Below are positions 56,843 through 64,000 of a DNA stretch of 64,000 nt, one piece after another. This DNA comes from Escherichia virus TH55, in the sequence record MT446421.1; one strand, written 5' to 3'. The notes beneath the pieces are model-generated. The model did not search any database. It saw nothing but the letters and a program-made list of their open reading frames with translations, and had not been told where the DNA came from. How positions within the stretch are numbered: the stretch's first letter is position 1; each line of letters opens with the position of its first letter. A program made the position numbers and the translations under genes.

Positions 56843-57069
56843 GAGCTTGGGTACCAGATTTTACCATCGGCACGAGCAACGAAGGTGCGACCAGCTTCTT
56901 CACCATAACAAGAGCTGTTCAACCAGTCTTCAAGACGGACTTCGCCGTCATAATCATCAAGCTCGACACCGAAATCTTGAGCAGAAGCCATATCTTTTAC
57001 TTTCTTATACAGCGCGGCCAGTTCAAGGGCAGCTTTTTCTAATTCAGCATGTTCAACAGCAGTAGTCAT
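56836..57069 (-). CDS. small acidic protein, WxSSxC-tail paralog 1
   Basis: 77 aa; AAGGTGA SD; C-terminus ...GKIWYPSSC. Confidence 0.55.
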   Translation of the reverse strand: MTTAVEHAELEKAALELAALYKKVKDMASAQDFGVELDDYDGEVRLEDWLNSSCYGEEAGRTFVARADGKIWYPSSC

Positions 57070-57078
57070 TTTATCACC

Positions 57079-57309
57079 TTAGCAAGTCATAGAGGAGTTA
57101 AACCAGAAACCCTGGCCATCATTGATGCCGTAATCACTGCGAATCCAGTCATATTCTTCATATTCTTCGCTAGAAGCCGGAATATAACGTTGGAAACGGT
57201 CTGCGGCGTGTAAATTAAAAATTTCACCGGTTTTATCGGCTAACTGCTCACCTTCACAGATTAGTGCACGGATTTGGTCTTCAATTTCTTTAACAGTTTT
57301 AGTAGTCAT
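57079..57309 (-). CDS. small acidic protein, WxSSxC-tail paralog 2
   Basis: 76 aa; AAGGT SD; C-terminus ...GFWFNSSMTC. Confidence 0.55.
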   Translation of the reverse strand: MTTKTVKEIEDQIRALICEGEQLADKTGEIFNLHAADRFQRYIPASSEEYEEYDWIRSDYGINDGQGFWFNSSMTC

Positions 57310-57318
57310 TTTATAACC

Positions 57319-57516
57319 TTAGCATTCATAAGAGGAGGACACCCAAGAGGTACCGCTAATAGTAATACAACCATTATAAAGCGTAATATGTTGTTCCAGA
57401 TTACGCTGACCGTCAATATAGATATCAGCTTCTTCGCGTTCTTCTTTGCAAATCTGGATAACGTTTTCAATAGCTGCCGCGGCAGTACGGATTGCACAAT
57501 CTAATTCACGAGACAT
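57319..57516 (-). CDS. small acidic protein, WxSSxC-tail paralog 3
   Basis: Trimmed to ATG 57514-57516 (AAGGAA SD); C-terminus ...GTSWVSSSYEC. Confidence 0.55.
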   Translation of the reverse strand: MSRELDCAIRTAAAAIENVIQICKEEREEADIYIDGQRNLEQHITLYNGCITISGTSWVSSSYEC

Positions 57517-57524
57517 ATAATTCC

Positions 57525-57806
57525 TTAACATTCAGAAGAGGAGGACACCCAACCGCCATTTTCTAGGTCGGTTGTGTAGTCATGAGTATTAACAATAGCC
57601 CATTCAGGATGACCATCTTCTTCCCAATGAGCAAGGTCAGCTTTCAAGGCGCCAGGAGAATAATAGTCACCGCCCATACCGCGAGCAGGGTATATATTAA
57701 AATGAGTCTCATATTTGTCTGCAATTTCCTCAGCACGGCGAATGGCTTCATGGATTTCTTTTACTGCGGCCAGAAGCTCTGGTTGGTTATGGTTATCATT
57801 CATCAT
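57525..57806 (-). CDS. small acidic protein, WxSSxC-tail paralog 4
   Basis: Trimmed to MMNDNHN start abutting upstream stop; C-terminus ...GGWVSSSSEC. Confidence 0.55.
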   Translation of the reverse strand: MMNDNHNQPELLAAVKEIHEAIRRAEEIADKYETHFNIYPARGMGGDYYSPGALKADLAHWEEDGHPEWAIVNTHDYTTDLENGGWVSSSSEC

Positions 57807-57807
57807 A

Positions 57808-58098
57808 TTAGCACATCTCAGAAGAGGAAACCCAGGCACCAACAGTAACAACGCCGTTTTCAACTCGCCCGCCGTTGTTTTCAATATGGTGAGCGAACCA
57901 TTCGGAACATTCATAACCAACTGGATGATATGTACGGCCGGTGCCGTAATCACCAGTGCTGAATTCGATACCATATTCATCTGCGATTTCTTCACAGTGT
58001 TTTTCAATTTCAGAGGTCTTATTTAGAAGAGAATAGATGGCTTTTTCTGCAGATTTCTCATCATAATACTTGGGGATAGCAATTTCAATTTTATTCAT
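57808..58098 (-). CDS. small acidic protein, WxSSxC-tail paralog 5
   Basis: 96 aa; AAGGAA SD; C-terminus ...GAWVSSSEMC. Confidence 0.55.
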   Translation of the reverse strand: MNKIEIAIPKYYDEKSAEKAIYSLLNKTSEIEKHCEEIADEYGIEFSTGDYGTGRTYHPVGYECSEWFAHHIENNGGRVENGVVTVGAWVSSSEMC

Positions 58099-58448
58099 GA
58101 TTTACATTCCTTAATAAAGGTTTCAAGGTCATTACGTTTTGTTTTGTCTAGGAACTTATTATACTCAGCCATTGCCAAAGCGTATCTCTTTCGGCTGGGA
58201 GCATTCACGGCATTTGTGTGACAGATATCATACACAACCGGGATAAAATAAGCCACAACAGCCGGAGCAATTATCATAAAGAAGCCCATCTCAATAGGCA
58301 TGACTCCCTCGATTGCAGCCATAACCGTGGTCATTACCAGACCAACCAAACCACCAAGCATGGCAGTGACAATCCCCAATAATAAATTGCCGCCAATATC
58401 ATATTCAGCCAATTGATAAACATGTGATGCAAGACTAGGCCGTTCCAT
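58095..58448 (-). CDS. membrane protein, FI-x-EC-K/R tail family
   Basis: Trimmed to ATG 58446-58448 (AAGGAGG SD); TM helices; C-terminus ...LETFIKECKS. Confidence 0.5.
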   Translation of the reverse strand: MERPSLASHVYQLAEYDIGGNLLLGIVTAMLGGLVGLVMTTVMAAIEGVMPIEMGFFMIIAPAVVAYFIPVVYDICHTNAVNAPSRKRYALAMAEYNKFLDKTKRNDLETFIKECKS

Positions 58449-58794
58449 TACGAACCTCCTTAATAAATTCTTCGGCACATTTAATTTTGTGCTCTTCTTG
58501 TAGGGAAACACATTTTTGTTCCCACTCTTTAACTCGTCCACGGTATCCTTTATTCATATGATTTTGATGCCACACATTTATCAAAATCATACTCAGGACT
58601 GTAATAAAAGGAGCTGCGATTATTAGCGCCCAGGCAACTCCAACACTAATGATACTCATATCCCCACAAAGCACCATCATTATAACCCCAACGATGCATA
58701 TGGACAGGGCCCCAAATGCTGGCATAAGGTCTTTATCAATTTTGTCTGCGTATACAAATTTTTCTGGTTTACTTGGCAGATATAACGTTCGCAT
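58435..58794 (-). CDS. membrane protein, FI-x-E tail family
   Basis: Trimmed to ATG 58792-58794 (AAGGGG SD); TM helices; C-terminus ...AEEFIKEVRNGTA. Confidence 0.5.
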   Translation of the reverse strand: MRTLYLPSKPEKFVYADKIDKDLMPAFGALSICIVGVIMMVLCGDMSIISVGVAWALIIAAPFITVLSMILINVWHQNHMNKGYRGRVKEWEQKCVSLQEEHKIKCAEEFIKEVRNGTA

Positions 58795-59341
58795 TTTGAA
58801 CCCCTTTAGCATATTCACGACATTCAGCAATAAAACGATTAAGCTTACGTTTCCGTTTACGACCCTCTAATGTATACTCAGCCGCCAAATCAAGAAGCTC
58901 ATCTTTATCATAATTTTTAATATCAGTATAAGTTGGGCGGCGGTCAACCATTCCAAAGTGGTCACCATTTTCCAACATCAAATAACACACCAAATGGTCA
59001 TCATCGTCCGCATTAATAAGCTGCTTATAATCACTTGGTTCATTTAACGCATACACAGAATAACTCAGCCCAGCGAATTCCACTCGTTGAATACCCAGAT
59101 TTACGTCAATAATTTCCAAGGCATCTGCAAAAGAAAGGTCTTCAGCTAAAGCAAAAATAAAAGGCAATTTGGTAGTATCGCCGCGACTTGTTGTTCTTCT
59201 TAAGAAATCATTGGAATAGCCCAAGTCGCGGCGGATTCTATAAAGAACTGTGTTAGTTTCAGTGGCAAGACCACTACCGCCAAACCATTCCACATTTGAT
59301 AAAAGATTATCATATAAAGTCATAATTTTCTCCTCTCCCAA
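58769..59341 (-). CDS. hypothetical protein with FI-x-EC-R motif
   Basis: 190 aa; C-terminal KRKRKLNRFIAECREYAKG. Confidence 0.5.
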   Translation of the reverse strand: MGEEKIMTLYDNLLSNVEWFGGSGLATETNTVLYRIRRDLGYSNDFLRRTTSRGDTTKLPFIFALAEDLSFADALEIIDVNLGIQRVEFAGLSYSVYALNEPSDYKQLINADDDDHLVCYLMLENGDHFGMVDRRPTYTDIKNYDKDELLDLAAEYTLEGRKRKRKLNRFIAECREYAKGVQNANVISAK

Positions 59342-59365
59342 TTAGGGGGCTTTGCCCCCTTTATC

Positions 59366-59959
59366 TTACTTAAGTGAATTGATGTATTCTTCAATGTCAG
59401 CGGACGTGGTATCCACACCAACCTGTGGACCTTTGAAGGTTTCAACACGCATCAAGGTGTCTTCAATATCAATCTTAGTCAATGCAGCGATTTCAACAAC
59501 ATCATCTGCAGTCGCAATACCCAGGGCAGATACCTTACGGGTTTCGCGGATGTATTCCAGTTTAACAGCTAGTTCCTGACGAGAATCATCCAGCTCTTTA
59601 ACTTTCAATTTAATTTCATTACGCATTTCAACATAATCGTCTGCCTTCTTACGAAGTTGTTTAGCAGTGCGACGATACAGGAGACCCAGTTTAGCATGGA
59701 CCTGGACATCAGCACCATCAGCAATCAGTTTGCGGATTTCACGCTCTTTTGAGGCGGCGAGTTGGTCTTTTTCATTCGCTAACTCGCGGATGCGTTTTTC
59801 TTCATTAACAGACTTAACGTGGGCGGTCTGGAGCTCAGTAATCTTGTCAATCAGGGTAGACGCCGCTTGAGTATATTGGTCTTCAATAGACAGGTTTTTT
59901 GCCATTGCAGTACCCAGTTTGGAGCGGATGAATTCAACAAGTTTCTTTAAAGTATTCAT
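59366..59959 (-). CDS. coiled-coil protein
   Basis: 197 aa; extended heptad-like helical sequence. Confidence 0.5.
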   Translation of the reverse strand: MNTLKKLVEFIRSKLGTAMAKNLSIEDQYTQAASTLIDKITELQTAHVKSVNEEKRIRELANEKDQLAASKEREIRKLIADGADVQVHAKLGLLYRRTAKQLRKKADDYVEMRNEIKLKVKELDDSRQELAVKLEYIRETRKVSALGIATADDVVEIAALTKIDIEDTLMRVETFKGPQVGVDTTSADIEEYINSLK

Positions 59960-60031
59960 GGTATTTCCTTCAGTTGGTTAATGTTTTATTATCCAGGGAA
60001 CATACTATCATGTTCCCATTAAAGCACTAAT

Positions 60032-60337
60032 TTAGATTTTGTTTTCCTGCACACCATAGTAAAGTTCATCAGACACAATATCCAGGATGCGGCGAACATA
60101 TTCATCATGGTATTGGCAGTCAAAATCAAATGCAACAGTAGTTTCCGCTTCACGAGTGAATTTAACTTGCACATTCAGGTGATTAACAACGTTAGTTAAT
60201 TTATCAGTAAAGAACTCTTTTGCTACCGCCTGTTGGACTTGTACTTTGAACTTGGTGTTGCGAATCATATTTTCAGCAGATGCGAAATTACCAGTTTTAT
60301 CAAAGTCAACAAGCGCCAGGTTGATGATGAATTTCAT
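60032..60337 (-). CDS. hypothetical protein
   Basis: 101-aa ORF; own promoter motif. Confidence 0.5.
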   Translation of the reverse strand: MKFIINLALVDFDKTGNFASAENMIRNTKFKVQVQQAVAKEFFTDKLTNVVNHLNVQVKFTREAETTVAFDFDCQYHDEYVRRILDIVSDELYYGVQENKI

Positions 60338-60378
60338 TTTATTCTCCAGTGTTTTATTTGGTAACTCAGTATGGAATC

Positions 60379-60407
60379 ATTATGCCTTAAAGCAGGGGGC
60401 TTGTATA
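60379..60407 (-). promoter_or_regulatory. early-type promoter
   Basis: -35 TATACA 60402-60407, 17 bp, -10 CATAAT 60379-60384; leader TACTGAGTTACCAAA. Confidence 0.5.
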
Positions 60408-60423
60408 CCCCCCCCTTTTTGAA

Positions 60424-60867
60424 TTAAATTTCAAATTCTTTGCGGAAGTTGGAAGCATAAGACTGAACTGATGCTTTGTTGAACCCAAACTCACGCACAA
60501 TCATATCAATAACAGCTCTGCGAGCAGCACCATTAGACATATTAACAGTTTTGAACATATCATAGCATAAATCTTTGTTGCTCATACCGGAGCGTTTAGG
60601 TGCCTTACGTTCAGCTTTTGGTTCAGCTTTAGGAGTAGGTTTAACTTCTGGTTTAACCTGTCCATCATTCAGACCTTTAAAAATTTTACCTGCCAGAGTT
60701 GCCAGTTTAGCAGCTTCGCCACGAGTGATACCAAATACTGCCGGGTTAAATGAAATACCTTCAGCTGTCAGACGTTTGAAGAACATACGGGCTGCGGATT
60801 GTGCTTCAGCTTCAGAAGAGTTGTTTAATGCCAGTTTAACGTACTTAACCAGTTTTGAAGTTTTCAT
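60424..60867 (-). CDS. hypothetical protein, paralog of 60951..61376
   Basis: Trimmed to MKTSKLVKYV start; shared C-terminal GAARRAxIDxxV...VQSYASNFRK. Confidence 0.5.
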   Translation of the reverse strand: MKTSKLVKYVKLALNNSSEAEAQSAARMFFKRLTAEGISFNPAVFGITRGEAAKLATLAGKIFKGLNDGQVKPEVKPTPKAEPKAERKAPKRSGMSNKDLCYDMFKTVNMSNGAARRAVIDMIVREFGFNKASVQSYASNFRKEFEI

Positions 60868-60909
60868 TTTATTATCCCGTTTGTTTATTTGGTAACTCAG
60901 TATGGGATA

Positions 60910-60938
60910 ATTATACATTATCCCACCTGGAAGTAAAA
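60910..60938 (-). promoter_or_regulatory. early-type promoter
   Basis: -35 TTTTAC 60933-60938, 17 bp, -10 TATAAT 60910-60915. Confidence 0.5.
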
Positions 60939-60950
60939 CACTTTTCTCAA

Positions 60951-61376
60951 TTATTTTTGAGCTTTGCGGAAGTTGGAAGCATATGACTGAACAACAGTCT
61001 TTTTGATATCATGGGTGTTAACCAGAACATCAATCAGAGCGCGACGAGCTGCACCATCTGCCATATCAATTTCTGCAAATGCCTGGAAGCAAATGTCACG
61101 AGCATTACCAGATTTTGACTGGATTTTTTCTTCTTTAACTTCTTCAATTGGGAATTCAATCATTTCAGCTTGGATTAATTCAATGATAGATTCTTTTGAC
61201 TGTTTGGTGTTTACCTTCAGTTCAGAATTAAGGGACTTGGCGATGGCAACAATCTGGGTTGAAGTCAGATGAATAAGTGCATCTTCACGAATGCAGATTT
61301 CACATACTTCATCGGCAACCATTTTGTTGGTGATGCGGGTAACAGAGAATGCAGAGGTCAGGGTCAGGAAGTTCAT
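60951..61376 (-). CDS. hypothetical protein, paralog of 60424..60867
   Basis: Trimmed to ATG 61374-61376 (GGAGA SD); shared C-terminal domain. Confidence 0.5.
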   Translation of the reverse strand: MNFLTLTSAFSVTRITNKMVADEVCEICIREDALIHLTSTQIVAIAKSLNSELKVNTKQSKESIIELIQAEMIEFPIEEVKEEKIQSKSGNARDICFQAFAEIDMADGAARRALIDVLVNTHDIKKTVVQSYASNFRKAQK

Positions 61377-61427
61377 TTTATTTCTCCAAAGTTTTGTTTG
61401 ATTCAGTGTGTAACTCAGTATGGAATC

Positions 61428-61456
61428 ATTATGCATCCAGTCAATTCGGATGTACA
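61428..61456 (-). promoter_or_regulatory. early-type promoter
   Basis: -35 TGTACA 61451-61456, 17 bp, -10 CATAAT 61428-61433. Confidence 0.55.
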
Positions 61457-61500
61457 CTACTTTTTGAAGAAAATTTCAAATTTATTCGGGGTATAAAAAA

Positions 61501-61515
61501 GCCCGCAATGCGGGC
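61501..61515 (-). terminator. rho-independent terminator
   Basis: GCCCG-loop-CGGGC hairpin followed by TTTTTT. Confidence 0.65.
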
Positions 61516-61517
61516 TG

Positions 61518-62072
61518 TTAGTTCTTATAAAAGCGGAACGGATTTATATGAAAGGCGAGCATAGCCTTAGGGATTGGTCGGGACAGAAGGCTCTTGAGCT
61601 TCCAACCACAATAAACGCGCAGATAAAAGGTGATTCCACCGACCTTGAGATAAGGAACAGAAGCAAAAACACCCCAGGCATTATCCGTCCACATCCAGAG
61701 CCATCCGTGATGAGCTTTATCCGGGGAACCGGATTCAACATCAGGATTGCCTTTATAATGGAATTCTGAATTGCAATCACGACCGAGCTTGTGGTAAGCA
61801 AAATTGTATGCTTTGTTTCGCCAGAGCCAAGCTACTCGTTGGAAGTAAACACCTAACGGCCATTTTCGGATTTTTGACCAACGTTTGACATGACCCCGGT
61901 CACCATCAATCGGATTATCATAAGTCATCATCCAATCAAACCCGAACGGAAGTTTACCAGTCTTTTTATTATAGAATGGAACTACAAATGGAGCCAGGAT
62001 AACGGCCAGAATCATGGAGATAAAATCCAGTGGAACTAACAGAATCCAACTCAAATATTTTAACAGTTTCAT
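61518..62072 (-). CDS. membrane-anchored protein
   Basis: Trimmed to ATG 62070-62072; N-terminal TM helix; Trp/His-rich. Confidence 0.5.
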   Translation of the reverse strand: MKLLKYLSWILLVPLDFISMILAVILAPFVVPFYNKKTGKLPFGFDWMMTYDNPIDGDRGHVKRWSKIRKWPLGVYFQRVAWLWRNKAYNFAYHKLGRDCNSEFHYKGNPDVESGSPDKAHHGWLWMWTDNAWGVFASVPYLKVGGITFYLRVYCGWKLKSLLSRPIPKAMLAFHINPFRFYKN

Positions 62073-62101
62073 ACGTTTCTCTTTAGTTGATTTATAAAAA
62101 A

Positions 62102-62123
62102 GCCCCAACCTTTCGGAAGGGGC
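62102..62123 (-). terminator. rho-independent terminator
   Basis: GCCCC...GGGGC interrupted hairpin followed by TTTTTT. Confidence 0.6.
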
Positions 62124-62161
62124 TATACCTTGTCGGGGTTCCACCTGCAAGGCAAGTGTTC

Positions 62162-62557
62162 TTATCCGCGAGCGAATGCCATTGCAGCGCGTTCGTTAGC
62201 ACGGTCGGTGATGTTCAAGAATTTATCACGAGCGATTTCGATTGGAGCACCAACCCAGTCAGCAGCACCATTACCTGGAGACTGTTTAGGGCGAACCATA
62301 TAAGTTGAAACTTTGGAACCGGCTAGTTTGGCACCAGGTGCCGCGGCATTTTTAACGTCTTTAGCTTTGATGCCAAACCCAGTTACGATACCCCAAGAAA
62401 CGCCATTAACTGGTTTCTTGAACATAACACGGTCACCAATTGAAACACCGGCTTTTTCTGGAGCCACTAAAGAAAATTTACCAGCTTCAGTCAGTACGGA
62501 TTCGGTGATGGTATTGCGATTTAAAAATTCTGCATATGTAAGCATTTTGTTTTCCAT
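62162..62557 (-). CDS. hypothetical protein, possible internal/virion protein
   Basis: 131 aa; N-terminus MLTYAEFLN loosely resembles IP targeting sequence; TATAAATA late motif upstream. Confidence 0.45.
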   Translation of the reverse strand: MENKMLTYAEFLNRNTITESVLTEAGKFSLVAPEKAGVSIGDRVMFKKPVNGVSWGIVTGFGIKAKDVKNAAAPGAKLAGSKVSTYMVRPKQSPGNGAADWVGAPIEIARDKFLNITDRANERAAMAFARG

Positions 62558-62575
62558 TATTAGGGTTGTTGTTAA

Positions 62576-62583
62576 TATTTATA
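62576..62583 (-). promoter_or_regulatory. T4-type late promoter motif TATAAATA
   Basis: Exact TATAAATA on minus strand 19 nt upstream of ATG 62557. Confidence 0.4.
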
Positions 62584-62594
62584 TTCCATAGTAC

Positions 62595-62643
62595 CGGATG
62601 CACCATCCGCTCGGATTTCTCATACTACCGGACGCACCGTCCG
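62595..62643. repeat. two tandem related stem-loops in ORF-free region
   Basis: CGGATG-CAC-CATCCG (62595-62609) and CGGACG-CAC-CGTCCG (62629-62643), each within a ~30-bp repeated unit. Confidence 0.6.
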
Positions 62644-62781
62644 CTCTGGAAAAACTCCGTAAAAGGGTGCGCCGTTTCAGCTGTGATATAAGGGGGCATC
62701 AACAAATCGTAAAGATTTATTAATGCCAGTCCTTAAACAGGGAACTTCAGTCCGACGACTTACCGGTAGCGACCCGGTTTC

Positions 62782-63021
62782 TCATTCAATTGTAATAGCT
62801 AATTTGACTTTAACAACCTTATAATTGGAATCAAGGTCATTGAATTCCATAAAATTTGTTGCTAATCTGCGAGTCGGGAAACTTAGATATTTATTATGCT
62901 CAGGTGGAGCGGTTAATGCAAACCATGGGACTTGTTTATCATTTTCATCAAACTCATCAAAGCTATAAACCAACTCGTTGTTGGTTATATCCATAACTGC
63001 ATATGATTCACTAATAACCAT
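62782..63021 (-). CDS. hypothetical acidic protein
   Basis: Trimmed to ATG 63019-63021 (GAGGA SD); track N-terminal extension runs through tRNA-Arg. Confidence 0.45.
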   Translation of the reverse strand: MVISESYAVMDITNNELVYSFDEFDENDKQVPWFALTAPPEHNKYLSFPTRRLATNFMEFNDLDSNYKVVKVKLAITIE

Positions 63022-63036
63022 AATATCCTCGGTAAT

Positions 63037-63113
63037 TGGTCGGGGTGGTGGGATTCTAACCCACAACCTACGGTTTAGAAGACCGTTGCTCTATACAATT
63101 GAGCTACACCCCG
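63037..63113 (-). tRNA. tRNA-Arg (anticodon UCU)
   Basis: Hand-folded cloverleaf: acceptor CGGGGTG/CACCCCG, anticodon stem ACGGT/ACCGT, loop CTTCTAA, T-arm GTGGG/CCCAC, encoded CCA. Confidence 0.75.
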
Positions 63114-63189
63114 GGTGGCCCCATCCGGACTTGAACCGGAAACCTGCCAGTTATGAGCCGGATGCTCTAACCAATTGAGCTACAGGGCC
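63114..63189 (-). tRNA. tRNA with CAU anticodon (Met or lysidine-type Ile)
   Basis: Hand-folded: acceptor GGCCCTG/TGGGGCC, D-arm GCTC/GAGC, loop CTCATAA, T-arm TCCGG/CCGGA; abuts tRNA-Arg. Confidence 0.7.
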
Positions 63190-63194
63190 TAAAA

Positions 63195-63464
63195 TTAAAT
63201 TACAAATCCAGCGGGAGCATTATCATCTTTAACCATATGCTGAATTGTATGATAAGTCATTTCTTCTGGTGCAACCAGATAAGCCGCAGTGTTAACCAAC
63301 GGGATTAATTTGACTTTATTGAATGTTGAACAACCAATTGACATAAAGGTTTCGCCTGTTGGATGCTGAATTTCGCCAAATTGGCACTCATACGAAATAG
63401 AGCAACGTTTGGTAGTGGTTGTCTTTGTTTTAGGGTCGTAAAAAGCTAATTTTAATACTAACAT
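63195..63464 (-). CDS. hypothetical protein
   Basis: 89-aa ORF upstream of tRNA pair. Confidence 0.45.
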   Translation of the reverse strand: MLVLKLAFYDPKTKTTTTKRCSISYECQFGEIQHPTGETFMSIGCSTFNKVKLIPLVNTAAYLVAPEEMTYHTIQHMVKDDNAPAGFVI

Positions 63465-63584
63465 AACACCTCAAATAAAATTAAGTAAAGTAAGTTTGAT
63501 TAATAGCACATGCTATTATGAAAGGTTCTTTGAGGGAAGAACCTTTGGTAATAGAGGGTACTTATTAATAATAACGCGTTTTTA

Positions 63585-64000
63585 TTAAAGCATATCAAGC
63601 GCTTTAACAGATGGGATTTGGATTTCTTCTTCGATTATATATAGCTTAACATAAGAAATTACACGCATGAAATCACCATCATTTTCACAAGCCATGCCTA
63701 AAAGTTCGGTCAGGGCTTCATTCAGGTAGTATTCTTCATCATCGCCATTTAGCAATGCATCTAAATCTTCTACACCCAGAACCTTACTTAAAAATTCATG
63801 GGTTAACTGACCAGATTTTACACCAGATGCAATGTAGTCGATAACCAAGTGTTTAACCACATCCCATTCTGAATTACCACATTTGTTGCGGTTATTGCAA
63901 TGCGAACCATAGAAAAGTTCCAGGATATATTTGTACTGTTGTATTTCTTGTTCTTCTACACCAAATACAGTCTGGGTTTTATAATTATCACCATCATTTT
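63585..64000 (-). CDS. hypothetical protein, 5' end cut by window edge
   Basis: Frame stays open upstream of the GTG at 63860 to position 64000. Confidence 0.45.
   Translation of the reverse strand, partial: NDGDNYKTQTVFGVEEQEIQQYKYILELFYGSHCNNRNKCGNSEWDVVKHLVIDYIASGVKSGQLTHEFLSKVLGVEDLDALLNGDDEEYYLNEALTELLGMACENDGDFMRVISYVKLYIIEEEIQIPSVKALDML

Noticed and set aside
59345-59359. GGGGGC/GCCCCC hairpin as terminator after 59366..59959
   Set aside because: No T-run on the minus strand 3' side; treated as an unassigned hairpin.
62558-62781. A third tRNA next to the tRNA pair
   Set aside because: Could not fold a cloverleaf with T-loop or anticodon arm by hand; only two simple hairpins found.

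Overview
The window reads as a T4-like (Tevenvirinae-type) myophage early/middle region. Essentially every gene is on the minus strand, and the order matches T4 as recalled from memory (no database search was possible): dexA, dda, tandem ModA/ModB-like ADP-ribosyltransferases, soc, 56, 61, dmd, 41, 40, uvsX, imm-like, 43, regA, 62, 44, 45, rpbA, 46, 47, 55, nrdH/nrdG/nrdD, 49, nrdC, rI, tk, regB, denV, internal proteins, e, nudE, then two tRNAs. Gene starts were re-derived where the six-frame ORF ran upstream through a promoter or the neighbouring gene. About 17 intergenic copies of one early-promoter motif punctuate the region, several terminator hairpins are visible, and many sub-60-aa genes with ATGA stop/start overlaps are missing from the ORF track. 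The canonical T4 positions of gene 42/beta-gt (between uvsX and 43) and alpha-gt (between 47 and 55) are occupied by small membrane or unknown genes. The strongest candidate for an undescribed system is a hypervariable block at 53.9-59.4 kb: five tandem small acidic paralogs ending in a conserved W-V-S-S-S-x-E-C tail, flanked by four proteins sharing a C-terminal FI-x-EC-K/R motif. Other accessory candidates are CTS-bearing internal proteins, a Dmd antitoxin next to an H-G-S-motif protein, a nucleotidyltransferase-fold protein and a macro-like protein. All functional calls rest on motifs and remembered homology and need search confirmation.
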